From: a virus | Taxonomy: Duplodnaviria; Caudoviricetes | Length of the DNA: 40,359 nt | Virus record (IMG/VR): IMGVR_UViG_3300031176_000059 | Coordinates: 1 to 40,359 of that record | Direction: 5' to 3' (one strand) | Shown here: piece after piece, positions 1 through 8,213 of the stretch | Position numbering within the stretch: the first letter of the stretch is position 1 | How the letters are laid out: each line of letters begins with the position of its first letter | Made by a program: the position numbers and the translations under genes | The notes under the pieces: generated by a model | Told to the model about the DNA's origin: nothing | Database searches by the model: none | Seen by the model: the letters and a program-made list of their open reading frames with translations, nothing else

Positions 1-1398
1 ATGGCCAAAAAAATGCCCGAACTGGAAGCCTACAAATACGGCTTCCGCGACGAGCACAAAGCGGTGTTCCAAACGGGCAAAGGTTTGAGCCCCGACGTCG
101 TGAAAGCCATCTCCAGCCTGAAGGGCGAACCGGAATGGATGCTGGATTTCCGCCTGAAGGCGCTGGACATTTTCCTGAAGAAGCCGCTTCCCCGCTGGGG
201 CGGCAATCTGGACGACCTGGACTTCGACGACATCCAGTATTACGTGAAACCGTCCGAGAAGCAGGGCCGTTCGTGGGATGAAGTGCCCGAGGAAATCAAG
301 CGGACGTTCGACAAGCTGGGCATTCCGGAGGCGGAGCAGAAATTCCTCGCCGGGGTTTCCGCCCAGTACGAATCGGAAGTGGTGTACCACAACATCAAGA
401 AGGAGCTGGCGGCGCAGGGCGTCATTTTCATGGACACCGACACCGCCCTGAAGGAATATCCGGAGCTGTTCCGGGAATATTTCGGCACCGTCGTGCCCCC
501 GACGGACAACAAATTCGCCGCGCTGAACAGCGCCGTCTGGTCCGGCGGCAGCTTCATCTACGTGCCGAAGGGCGTCAAGGTGGACATTCCGCTGCAGGCC
601 TATTTCCGGATCAACTCCGAAAACATGGGGCAATTTGAACGGACCCTCATCATCGCCGACGAAGGCAGCTTCGTCCACTACGTCGAAGGCTGCACGGCGC
701 CGATCTACACCACCAATTCGCTGCATGCGGCCGTCGTGGAAATCATCGTGAAGAAAAATGCCCGCGTGCGCTACACGACGATCCAGAACTGGGCGCCGAA
801 CGTGTACAACCTGGTGACGAAGCGGGCCGTCGCCGAAGAAAACGCCACGATGGAATGGATCGACGGCAATATCGGATCCAAGCTGACGATGAAATACCCG
901 GCCGTCATCCTGAAGGGCCGCGGCGCCAAGGGACACGTCATGTCCATCGCCGTCGCCGGCAAAGGCCAGCACCAGGACGCCGGCGCGAAGATGATCCATC
1001 TCGCGCCCGAAACGACGTCGACGATCGTGTCGAAATCGATCAGCAAGCAGGGCGGCAAGGTGACCTACCGCGGGCTGACGTCCTTCGGCCGCGATGCCGC
1101 GGGGTCGAAGGCCAACATCCAGTGCGACACGCTGATCATGGACAAAGAATCGACGTCGGACACGATCCCGTACAACGAAGTGCGCAACGACAACATCATC
1201 CTCGAACACGAAGCCACCGTGTCGAAGGTGTCCGAAGAGCAGCTGTTCTACCTGATGAGCCGCGGCCTGTCCGAGGCGGAGGCGACCCAGATGATCATCA
1301 TGGGCTTCATCGAGCCGTTCACGAAGGAACTGCCGATGGAATACGCCGTCGAGATGAACCGGCTCATCAAGTTCGAGATGGAAGGTTCGATCGGATAA
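1..1398 (+). CDS. sufB: Fe-S cluster assembly scaffold protein SufB (host gene, intact after prophage integration)
   Basis: 465 aa with typical SufB motifs ([61 protein letters not shown]-terminal FEMEGSIG). Confidence 0.97.
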   Translation: MAKKMPELEAYKYGFRDEHKAVFQTGKGLSPDVVKAISSLKGEPEWMLDFRLKALDIFLKKPLPRWGGNLDDLDFDDIQYYVKPSEKQGRSWDEVPEEIKRTFDKLGIPEAEQKFLAGVSAQYESEVVYHNIKKELAAQGVIFMDTDTALKEYPELFREYFGTVVPPTDNKFAALNSAVWSGGSFIYVPKGVKVDIPLQAYFRINSENMGQFERTLIIADEGSFVHYVEGCTAPIYTTNSLHAAVVEIIVKKNARVRYTTIQNWAPNVYNLVTKRAVAEENATMEWIDGNIGSKLTMKYPAVILKGRGAKGHVMSIAVAGKGQHQDAGAKMIHLAPETTSTIVSKSISKQGGKVTYRGLTSFGRDAAGSKANIQCDTLIMDKESTSDTIPYNEVRNDNIILEHEATVSKVSEEQLFYLMSRGLSEAEATQMIIMGFIEPFTKELPMEYAVEMNRLIKFEMEGSIG

Positions 1399-1400
1399 TC
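1369..1400 (+). repeat. attL core aagttcgagatggaaggttcgatcggataatc (last 9 sense codons and stop of sufB)
   Basis: Identical 32-mer at 39052-39083. Confidence 0.95.
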
Positions 1401-1440
1401 CTTGATTTTACGGGGATTTTGAGGGGCTGAAAGTGGTCTG

Positions 1441-1462
1441 GACCAAAATCGGACCAAAATTT
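1441..1462 (+). repeat. Integrase arm-type sites (gaccaaaatcggaccaaaattt)
   Basis: Tandem gaccaaaat; near-identical copy at 38929-38950 at the other prophage end. Confidence 0.75.
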
Positions 1463-2607
1463 CAACGGACGTACTGCTCGTAAAGAGTGAGTGCGTCCTT
1501 TTCTATTTTCTTCGTGACGTGCAGGTACTTTTCGGTGGTCTTTATGCTGGCGTGTCCGAGCCGCTCGGCTACGTACCGGATCGGCGCACCGGCTTCAAGC
1601 AGATGGACGGCGTGGCTGTGTCGAAGGGCGTGCGGTGAGAGCTGCGGGAGACCGGCACGTTTGCAAACTTCTTTCATATACTCACGCACGACATTTATCC
1701 GCAGCCACCGACCGTCCGGATTGTGGAAAACCAGGTTGAGATCGGAGCGTTTGAGCCCGTATCGGAGAACGGTTTCTTTCTGATTCAGCCGATACTCTTT
1801 CATGACGCGGATCGTCTCCGAATCCAGCTTGATTGTGCGAATGCTTGATTTGGTTTTCGGCGTGGTAACCCGCGGATCGGTGTTGCGCGGGTAGATGAGC
1901 GTTTTCGTGACCGACAGCGTTCCGTTTTTCAGGTCGATGTCGTCCCAGGTCAGGGCAAGCGCCTCGCCGATCCGGAGACCGGTCCGAGCCATGAGTGTGA
2001 AAAGCGCTTGGTAATGCCGGGAGTGCTGATATTTCGCTCCTTTCGCCGGAACGCAGGCGTCCAGAAAGCGACTGAGCTCCTCGACCGTGAAAAACTTGAT
2101 CTTTTCGGCATCCTCGCTTTCGTCCTTTCGAATTTTGATCCGGACGAGGGGGTTGTCTCGGAGGATGCCGAATTCATGGATCGCGTCATTAATCGCGCTG
2201 CAGAAGATGCTGTGAATCCGCCGAACGGTTCCCTCACTATATTTTTCGCGCAGTTCGTTGATCCACTGTTGATATTCCGACCTGGTGATGTCCTTCAGCC
2301 GGTAGTTTCCCCAGCGCGGGAGGATGTTCAGGCGCACATTTTGCTCTTGGACAAGATATGTATTGAGCTTCACAGCCGGACGCTTGAACGTCTCCAGCCA
2401 CTTCTCCATATATACCGCGATCGTTTCATTCCCGTTTTCTGCAAACCCCCGCTCCTCGATCCGCAGCTCCTCGGCGGCCGCAGCAAGTTCCGCCTCCTTT
2501 TTGGTTTTGAAGCCACCTTTCGATTTTAGCCTATACTTTCCGGTCCTACGGTCAACATAGCTGATTCGATATTCCCAGCCATTGCTGCGTTTTCGGAAGG
2601 ATGCCAA
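1462..2607 (-). CDS. int: Tyrosine recombinase / phage integrase with N-terminal arm-binding domain
   Basis: TTG start with RBS; GFKTKKEAE arm domain; catalytic R (TGLRIGE), HALRH, LGH, Y (TEKY). Confidence 0.95.
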   Translation of the reverse strand: MASFRKRSNGWEYRISYVDRRTGKYRLKSKGGFKTKKEAELAAAAEELRIEERGFAENGNETIAVYMEKWLETFKRPAVKLNTYLVQEQNVRLNILPRWGNYRLKDITRSEYQQWINELREKYSEGTVRRIHSIFCSAINDAIHEFGILRDNPLVRIKIRKDESEDAEKIKFFTVEELSRFLDACVPAKGAKYQHSRHYQALFTLMARTGLRIGEALALTWDDIDLKNGTLSVTKTLIYPRNTDPRVTTPKTKSSIRTIKLDSETIRVMKEYRLNQKETVLRYGLKRSDLNLVFHNPDGRWLRINVVREYMKEVCKRAGLPQLSPHALRHSHAVHLLEAGAPIRYVAERLGHASIKTTEKYLHVTKKIEKDALTLYEQYVR

Positions 2608-2626
2608 GATTTGTCACCATCCTTTC

Positions 2627-2640
2627 CAAACGTACGTTCG
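2627..2640 (-). promoter_or_regulatory. Putative LexA (Cheo/SOS) box just upstream of the integrase RBS
   Basis: Minus strand CGAACGTACGTTTG matches the Firmicute CGAAC-N4-GTTY pattern. Confidence 0.6.
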
Positions 2641-2679
2641 ATAATAAGTGTATTTTAAAAAGTCTTACGTCTGAAAATC

Positions 2680-3735
2680 TCACGATGAGAATAATTGCTG
2701 CAGATGTTCCCTCTGTTTTGTCTTTTCTTCCTCCACTTCTTTATCCCACGGGAGCAGAAGTCCTTCCCTGAAGAATGTTGTTTCCGCGCCACATTTTATG
2801 CAGTACCTTGCGTTACCATCAGCTGTAGCGCCACATCCCCAAATTTGAACACCTCTCTCGTCGTATTCGACGTTTGTGCACTTGTTTATAAGAGTTGTTG
2901 CGCAAATTTTGCAGTATGTAGCATGTTCATCAATTTCTTCATTTCCGCAGCGAGGACAAACGATAGCTTTACCATTTTCATCAACCTCAAAACCTCGATA
3001 AATCATACCCTTCCCCTTTCTTCGAGTTGAAAATAATTTATATGCGCAAATCGGGCAGTATCTAGCATAACGACTGATAAAAGGTTGGCCACAAATTAAG
3101 CATTGTTTTGAATTTAAGATCTTGTTTGTGAAAGCCCTAAACCGTTCTTGAAGCGCGGGCATATATGTTGAAATATGGGCCATATCCCAACTAAGCATTT
3201 GCATTCTAGTTTCTACTGCTTTGCCTGAGATTTTAAAAACATGAGAAGTATCATCAGTAACATAATGCCCAAATCTTGCACGTAATTGATAAACAATGAA
3301 TGGTGGTGACAATACATTTCGAGCAAAAGCATTGGCCTCTCGTTCCAAGATCTTGTATCGCCATTCAGAAATTGAGCTTCTGGTTAGAATCGTCTCATTG
3401 AACTCTGTTAAATGCCCTAGTTTTATGTGGCCGATTTCGTGCATTAATGTGAAACGAATTCGATAGAGAGTCTCGATGGTGTCATTATAAGCAATTGTGT
3501 AATTTGTGCCATCGTAAATCACATAGCCATCTTGACTACCGAATGCGTTTTTAACCTGTTCAATCGACAAATTATTCTCTTTCGCCAATTCCGAATATGT
3601 TATTAGTCCCCACTTATTTTTCTTGATAATCTTAAAAGGGTTTATTGGGAAATTCTGTATTCCTTCTTCAATAAAAAATTCAAATACCCTTTTCATTATT
3701 ACATCGTATCTTGCGGCTTTTGGAAAAATCATCAA
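2680..3735 (-). CDS. ImmA/IrrE family metallopeptidase with C-terminal multi zinc-ribbon region
   Basis: RFTLMHEIGH (HExxH) and EREANAFA motifs; five CxxC pairs in the C-terminal half; overlaps the repressor stop. Confidence 0.88.
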   Translation of the reverse strand: MMIFPKAARYDVIMKRVFEFFIEEGIQNFPINPFKIIKKNKWGLITYSELAKENNLSIEQVKNAFGSQDGYVIYDGTNYTIAYNDTIETLYRIRFTLMHEIGHIKLGHLTEFNETILTRSSISEWRYKILEREANAFARNVLSPPFIVYQLRARFGHYVTDDTSHVFKISGKAVETRMQMLSWDMAHISTYMPALQERFRAFTNKILNSKQCLICGQPFISRYARYCPICAYKLFSTRRKGKGMIYRGFEVDENGKAIVCPRCGNEEIDEHATYCKICATTLINKCTNVEYDERGVQIWGCGATADGNARYCIKCGAETTFFREGLLLPWDKEVEEEKTKQREHLQQLFSS

Positions 3736-4076
3736 TCGTCTAGTGCCTCCTTGCCCCGTTTCTTCATTGACTTAATGAGTTGACTTAATACTGCGCGATC
3801 ACTGGGATCTAATTTTTGCATTTCTCTCGCAATCGCTCGAACATCTTCATCAAATTCAAATTGCGGTTCAGGATCATTTGTTCGACCCAAAAGGTAATCT
3901 ATTGAGACATTTAGAATTTCAGCAATCTGATTTAACTTGTCGCCTGGAGGAATACTTTTGTTACGCTCATAACTAGAAAAATTTGCTTCGGTCATCCCGA
4001 GTCTCTCTGCCATCTGGCTTTGAGTAAATCCTCTTTTGAGCCGATACTCTCTTATCCGATCGCCGAGCGTAGACAT
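3732..4076 (-). CDS. XRE/HTH prophage repressor (ImmR/CI-like), 114 aa
   Basis: ATG at 4076 with RBS ggaagggg; LGDRIREYRLKRGFTQSQMAERLG...SIDYLLGRT HTH; the longer ORF-track N-terminus is probably spurious. Confidence 0.9.
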   Translation of the reverse strand: MSTLGDRIREYRLKRGFTQSQMAERLGMTEANFSSYERNKSIPPGDKLNQIAEILNVSIDYLLGRTNDPEPQFEFDEDVRAIAREMQKLDPSDRAVLSQLIKSMKKRGKEALDD

Positions 4077-4116
4077 AATAATCCCCTTCCACAAAAGAAA
4101 TTTGATAAAACCCCCC

Positions 4117-4145
4117 TTGCTAAAATTAAATTTGAGTGTTATATT
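4117..4145 (+). promoter_or_regulatory. SigA-type rightward (lytic) promoter whose spacer is almost entirely an operator
   Basis: TTGCTA-17 bp-TATATT with extended TG; spacer contains aaattaaatttgagt. Confidence 0.7.
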
Positions 4146-4169
4146 GTTAGGCAAGGAGGTGATTCGAAA

Positions 4170-4412
4170 ATGGTAACGGCGACCAAAGGGCCTCATACAC
4201 GTGCGCTTTTGAAAAAGCTCAGAGAGCAAAAGGGAACGCAACGAAAGGTGGCCCAAGATCTTAACATCACCGAAACCCATTTGCGCGAATTGGAAAACGG
4301 TCGGTCCGTTCCCGGAACGAAATTGCTCATCAGAATGGAGCATTATTTTGGGGCCTCAAGTAAGGAGTTATTCCCCGATCTTTACGACCCGGAATTTTTT
4401 TCTCGGGATTGA
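4170..4412 (+). CDS. Cro-like HTH regulator, 80 aa
   Basis: ATG 4170 with RBS aaggaggtg; LKKLREQKGTQRKVAQDLNITETHLRELENGRSVP HTH; divergent from the repressor. Confidence 0.85.
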   Translation: MVTATKGPHTRALLKKLREQKGTQRKVAQDLNITETHLRELENGRSVPGTKLLIRMEHYFGASSKELFPDLYDPEFFSRD

Positions 4413-4523
4413 CTCAAATTTAATTTGCGCTTCATTGGTGATTATAATACGAAATTTGATTTTACGCAAGTTTTATTTGCGTAAATTGGTTAATTGTGCC
4501 CATATCTCAAATTAAATTTGAGT
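4412..4523. promoter_or_regulatory. Operator repeats (aaattaaatttgagt family) and leftward SigA promoter at 4469-4441
   Basis: Exact 15-mer at 4123-4137(+), 4412-4426(-), 4509-4523(+); near-palindrome ctcaaattaaatttgag; minus strand TTGCGT-17 bp-TATAAT. Confidence 0.7.
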
Positions 4524-4557
4524 CGAATCGAACTACTTAGGAGGTGAAATTGAATAA

Positions 4558-5361
4558 ATGAACAAACCGCAAATTTTCAACCATTCCGTTTTCGGCGAGC
4601 TGCCTATCGTCGTTGCAAACGGAATTGAATGGTTCGGGGCCGCGGAAGCAGCGAAAGCTTTGGGGTTTTCGAATCCCCATAAAGCCATTGACCATCACGT
4701 CGAGCAAGAGGACTGTACGGTCCATACAGTCCTTACCGAAGGTGGTCAACAAGGCAAAAAATTTATCAACGAATCCGGTCTCTACAGCCTGATTTTTGGT
4801 GCCGCCAAACAAGGCAACAACCCGGAAATTCAAGAGAAAGCCAGGCAGTTCAAACGATGGGTCACTTCTGAGGTTTTGCCTGCCATCCGCCAACACGGCG
4901 CCTACCTGACCCCGCAAAAAATCGAGGAAGTACTGTTGAACCCCGACACGATCATCGATCTGGCTCAACGCCTCAAACAGGCCAATGAAGAAAAAGCCAG
5001 GTTGGCTGCTCAGATCGAAGCAAACAGACCGAAGGTGCTCTTTGCCGAAGCGCTCGAAACATCTGGCAATTCCATCTTGATCGGGGAGCTGGCGAAGATC
5101 CTCAAACAAAACGGCATCAACATTGGTCAAAACCGCCTATTCGAGCGACTTCGTCAGGAAGGGTATTTGATGAAGACCCGAGATGAAAGATGGAACGACC
5201 CAACGCAGAAAGCGATGGAGCTCGGCTTGTTCGAAATCAAGAAGCGTACGATCAATTCCCCGGATGGCACCGTGAGAACCGTAAAGACGACCAAAGTGAC
5301 CCCGAAAGGCCAAATCTACTTCATTAACAAATTCAAGACTGAATTGGCAAAAACATCGTGA
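4558..5361 (+). CDS. Phage antirepressor (BRO-N + ANT/KilAC)
   Basis: INESGLYSLI, FKRWVTSEVLPAIRQHGAY, PKVLFAEA, IGELAK, VTPKGQIYF. Confidence 0.92.
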   Translation: MNKPQIFNHSVFGELPIVVANGIEWFGAAEAAKALGFSNPHKAIDHHVEQEDCTVHTVLTEGGQQGKKFINESGLYSLIFGAAKQGNNPEIQEKARQFKRWVTSEVLPAIRQHGAYLTPQKIEEVLLNPDTIIDLAQRLKQANEEKARLAAQIEANRPKVLFAEALETSGNSILIGELAKILKQNGINIGQNRLFERLRQEGYLMKTRDERWNDPTQKAMELGLFEIKKRTINSPDGTVRTVKTTKVTPKGQIYFINKFKTELAKTS

Positions 5362-5374
5362 GAGTCCCTGCAAG

Positions 5375-5662
5375 GTGATCGTGATGTTACAAGTCCAAAT
5401 CGACGAATTTGCAGTCCACGAAGAAGTCCGCCGGCAGGTCGCCGAGAAGCTCAGAGAAGCCGACACCGAACTGGTGTTTTGGGACGCAAAAGAGCTGATG
5501 CGGCGCACCTGCATGAGCTGGAACTTCATTCAACAGCAGTTTTTCTATGATCCCAGGTTTCCCAAAGCAAAGATCGGCTCCAAATGGTACTTTCCGGCGC
5601 GAGAAACGCGCGAATTCCTCGAACGGTGGCTTGCGGAGCAAATGAGGAGGTCTTCGGCATGA
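5375..5662 (+). CDS. Small winged-helix DNA-binding protein, putative excisionase
   Basis: WDAKELMRRTCMSWNFI...PKAKIGSKWYFP resembles Xis/MerR-like HTH; early-operon position; start uncertain. Confidence 0.55.
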   Translation: MIVMLQVQIDEFAVHEEVRRQVAEKLREADTELVFWDAKELMRRTCMSWNFIQQQFFYDPRFPKAKIGSKWYFPARETREFLERWLAEQMRRSSA

Positions 5663-5910
5663 TCGGCATCCACCCGGTCCACCGCCGCATCGCGGAACTC
5701 ACCATCATTGCGGAACAGAAAAAAGGCTTCGACCGCCTGTCGGCCGCCGAGCTCACCGAGCTCTATATGTGCCTCCGGCTCAATGCGGAATTGGTCCGGC
5801 GGCTCGACGAACTGAAAAACCTCGCCTTCGTGGCGCATTGTGCGGGCGATCACGAATGGGAGCAAGACATCTGCCGTCAAATCGACGCTCTGGAGGTGAC
5901 GATGCTGTGA
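5659..5910 (+). CDS. Hypothetical phage protein
   Basis: ATG with RBS gaggagg, ATGA overlap with the upstream gene. Confidence 0.7.
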   Translation: MIGIHPVHRRIAELTIIAEQKKGFDRLSAAELTELYMCLRLNAELVRRLDELKNLAFVAHCAGDHEWEQDICRQIDALEVTML

Positions 5911-6122
5911 CCACCAACCAACTCCTCGCAATCTGCCTGTTTTTCTTGGGCCTGGAGGAGCGAGCCCTGCTCGAACGCCGCCAGCCCCTCGCCCGCTGGG
6001 CCCGCCGCATGTATGAGCGGTATCGCGCCAGGTTGAACCGGGTGCGCTCCGGGGAGTCGGACGCGGCAGCCCGGTCGTACCGACCGGCGCGGGGGATGGA
6101 AGCGCCGGGGGTGGCGCCATGA
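5907..6122 (+). CDS. Hypothetical phage protein
   Basis: GTG with RBS ggaggtg, GTGA overlap. Confidence 0.55.
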   Translation: MTTNQLLAICLFFLGLEERALLERRQPLARWARRMYERYRARLNRVRSGESDAAARSYRPARGMEAPGVAP

Positions 6123-6322
6123 CCAAGCACATCCGCCGCTTCCAATTTTACTGCCGGAAAGCCGCCGCCTACGCGACGGACCGGCGGCCGCGGCAACAAC
6201 GCAACAAATATCGGTTCGACCGGCTCATGGCGTACAAGGCGGCCATGCAACGCCGGATCGAGGCCGACAGGTGGCGCTGGCGGGCGGCGATTGAGATGGA
6301 GGTTGAGAGAGCATGCACGTGA
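6119..6322 (+). CDS. Hypothetical basic phage protein
   Basis: ATGA overlap, RBS ggggtgg. Confidence 0.55.
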   Translation: MTKHIRRFQFYCRKAAAYATDRRPRQQRNKYRFDRLMAYKAAMQRRIEADRWRWRAAIEMEVERACT

Positions 6323-7113
6323 TCAGTTTGGGAGCCGGCGTCCAAAGCACGACCATGTTGCTCATGGCCGCGCGTGGCGAGATCGAGCCGAAACCGCGCT
6401 ACGCCATATTCGCTGATACGGGCTGGGAACCGAAGGCGGTATATCGCCACCTCGATTGGTTAAAAGGCGAGGCAGCGCGATATGGCATCGAAATCATCAC
6501 AGTGTCAAAGGGAAACTTGCGTGACGACCTGATCGAAGCGTGCGAACATGGGACGAGATTTGCATCCATCCCATTTTACACGATCAATCCAGATGGAAGT
6601 CTGGGAATGGTGCGGCGTCAGTGTACCAAGGAATACAAGATTGAAGTCATTCAGCGGAAATGCCGCGAGCTACTTGGTTACAAACCGAGACAACGAATTC
6701 CAGAAGGCGCTTTAACTCAATGGATCGGCATCAGCTTGGACGAGTACCAACGCATGCGGACGAGCCGGGATAAATGGATCGTCCTGCGCTATCCGTTGAT
6801 CGAAAAGGAAATGACACGAGCGGACTGCTTGGCGTGGTTGGAGCGTCACGGCTATCCACAGCCGCCAAAAAGCTCCTGCATCGGGTGCCCGTTTCACAAC
6901 AACCGCTACTGGCTCGAAATGAAACGCAACAACCCGGACGAGTGGGCAGAAGCTGTGGAAATCGATCGGAAAATCAGGAAGATTCCGCGCTTCCGAGGAC
7001 AGGTATTTCTCCATGCGCAACGGGTTCCGCTTGATCAGGTGGATCTTGGTGAAGATCAGATGGATCTGTTCGACGGATTCATCAATGAATGCGAAGGGAT
7101 GTGCGGTGTGTGA
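6313..7113 (+). CDS. PAPS-reductase-like / PP-loop (adenine nucleotide alpha-hydrolase) protein, Cys-rich
   Basis: ISLGAGVQS (degenerate PP-loop), FADTGWE, RQCT, YPL, KSSCIGCPF, C-terminal ECEGMCGV. Confidence 0.75.
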   Translation: MHVISLGAGVQSTTMLLMAARGEIEPKPRYAIFADTGWEPKAVYRHLDWLKGEAARYGIEIITVSKGNLRDDLIEACEHGTRFASIPFYTINPDGSLGMVRRQCTKEYKIEVIQRKCRELLGYKPRQRIPEGALTQWIGISLDEYQRMRTSRDKWIVLRYPLIEKEMTRADCLAWLERHGYPQPPKSSCIGCPFHNNRYWLEMKRNNPDEWAEAVEIDRKIRKIPRFRGQVFLHAQRVPLDQVDLGEDQMDLFDGFINECEGMCGV

Positions 7114-7343
7114 TCATCCACCGCATCGGTCACCCTCCGCTTGAAATCCGCCGCGGCGCCCGCGCCATGACCAATCAACCCCGTCCCTGCCGCGAAGACG
7201 ACGGCTACGCCCACCCCGAGGACCCGGTGGATCGCCTGGGCCGGCTGTTCGTAGCGCTCCGGATCAGGGAGCGGTACGGGGTGACGTTTGAGCGGTATGT
7301 GCAGCTGGTGAGGTCGGGCGCGTGGGAATCCTACGTGACCTAG
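7110..7343 (+). CDS. Hypothetical phage protein
   Basis: GTGA overlap with the upstream stop; alternative ATG at 7167. Confidence 0.55.
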   Translation: MIIHRIGHPPLEIRRGARAMTNQPRPCREDDGYAHPEDPVDRLGRLFVALRIRERYGVTFERYVQLVRSGAWESYVT

Positions 7344-7368
7344 CCTTGAAAGGAGGTGAACAGGAGCA

Positions 7369-7833
7369 ATGAGCGACAACAAATGCGCACGTTGCGGCCG
7401 CCGGCTGAAAGATCCGAACGCCACCTACGGACCGATTTGCGCACGGAAGGTGGCGGCCGAGCAGGCACGGGACCAGCGGAATGCCGACGACTCGATCGTC
7501 ATCACCCCGACCATTACCGACGGCTACGCCGGCGCCCGCGGTCCAGACGGAGCTGTGAAGGTGGTACGGATCCGTAACGGGGTGCAAGAGCCACTGGAGG
7601 GTCGATGGCATCATACCGGTTTCTCCCATGGCCAGTTCAACTGGGGATACGGTGGATCCGGGCCCGCTGATCTGGCGCGGAGCATCATCGCCGACTTAAT
7701 CGGCACCGACAACCCGGACCCGGCCATCTATCAGCCGTTCAAATGGGAATTCGTCTCCAGCTGGGGCGACCGCTGGGAAATTTCGCTCGACGAGATCCGT
7801 GCCTGGGCAGAAAAAAGAGCAGCCGCCCAATAA
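7369..7833 (+). CDS. Zn-finger (DUF6011-like) plus DUF6166-like protein
   Basis: CARCGRRLKD...YGPICARK; FNWGYGGSGPADLARSI; strong RBS. Confidence 0.7.
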   Translation: MSDNKCARCGRRLKDPNATYGPICARKVAAEQARDQRNADDSIVITPTITDGYAGARGPDGAVKVVRIRNGVQEPLEGRWHHTGFSHGQFNWGYGGSGPADLARSIIADLIGTDNPDPAIYQPFKWEFVSSWGDRWEISLDEIRAWAEKRAAAQ

Positions 7834-7893
7834 AGGGACGACTGCACAAATCCACCTTTCCGCAATTATAGCACGTTTTCGAGGAGGTTGCAT
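7809..7893 (-). ncRNA. Candidate antisense small RNA of about 50 nt (interval includes its promoter and terminator)
   Basis: Minus strand ATGCAA-17 bp-TATAAT with extended TG, then hairpin GCAGTCGTCC/GGGCGGCTGC and TCTTTTTT. Confidence 0.45.
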
Positions 7894-7895
7894 CC

Positions 7896-8213
7896 GTGCC
7901 CGTTCAAATCGCAAGAAAATCGCGCGACCTTGAGGCCGACCTCGCGATTTGCGAGGCGGCCACGCCGGGGCCGTGGGCGGTGTGCGGCCGGTATGTCGTC
8001 CGGGACAAGTACGAACTGGGCAATTACCGCCAAGCCGTGTTTAAGGCCGAACATATTCCGAAGATCGAGGCGGATATGCGGTTCGCAGTTGAAGCCCGCG
8101 AAGGCTGGCCGTATGCGATCCGGCGGGCGCTGGCGGCGGAAGCCGAGATCGATCGGCTCCGGAACGAGATCCAAATCCTGCAGGAGCAGCTGGAGCAATG
8201 CTCCCATCGGTAA
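7896..8213 (+). CDS. Hypothetical phage protein (Ead/Ea22-like)
   Basis: RBS gaggagg; DLAICEAATPGPW...DMRFAVEAREGWP motif, coiled-coil C-terminus. Confidence 0.65.
   Translation: MPVQIARKSRDLEADLAICEAATPGPWAVCGRYVVRDKYELGNYRQAVFKAEHIPKIEADMRFAVEAREGWPYAIRRALAAEAEIDRLRNEIQILQEQLEQCSHR

Noticed and set aside
4077-4343. N-terminal extensions given by the ORF track (repressor to 4343; also 29756-30094 and 39089-39358)
   Set aside because: Better RBS-linked starts lie downstream, and the extensions overlap promoters, opposite-strand genes or a terminator.
6313-7113. Dnd phosphorothioation system
   Set aside because: Only a fold-level resemblance to DndC; no DndB/D/E or Ssp genes are present.
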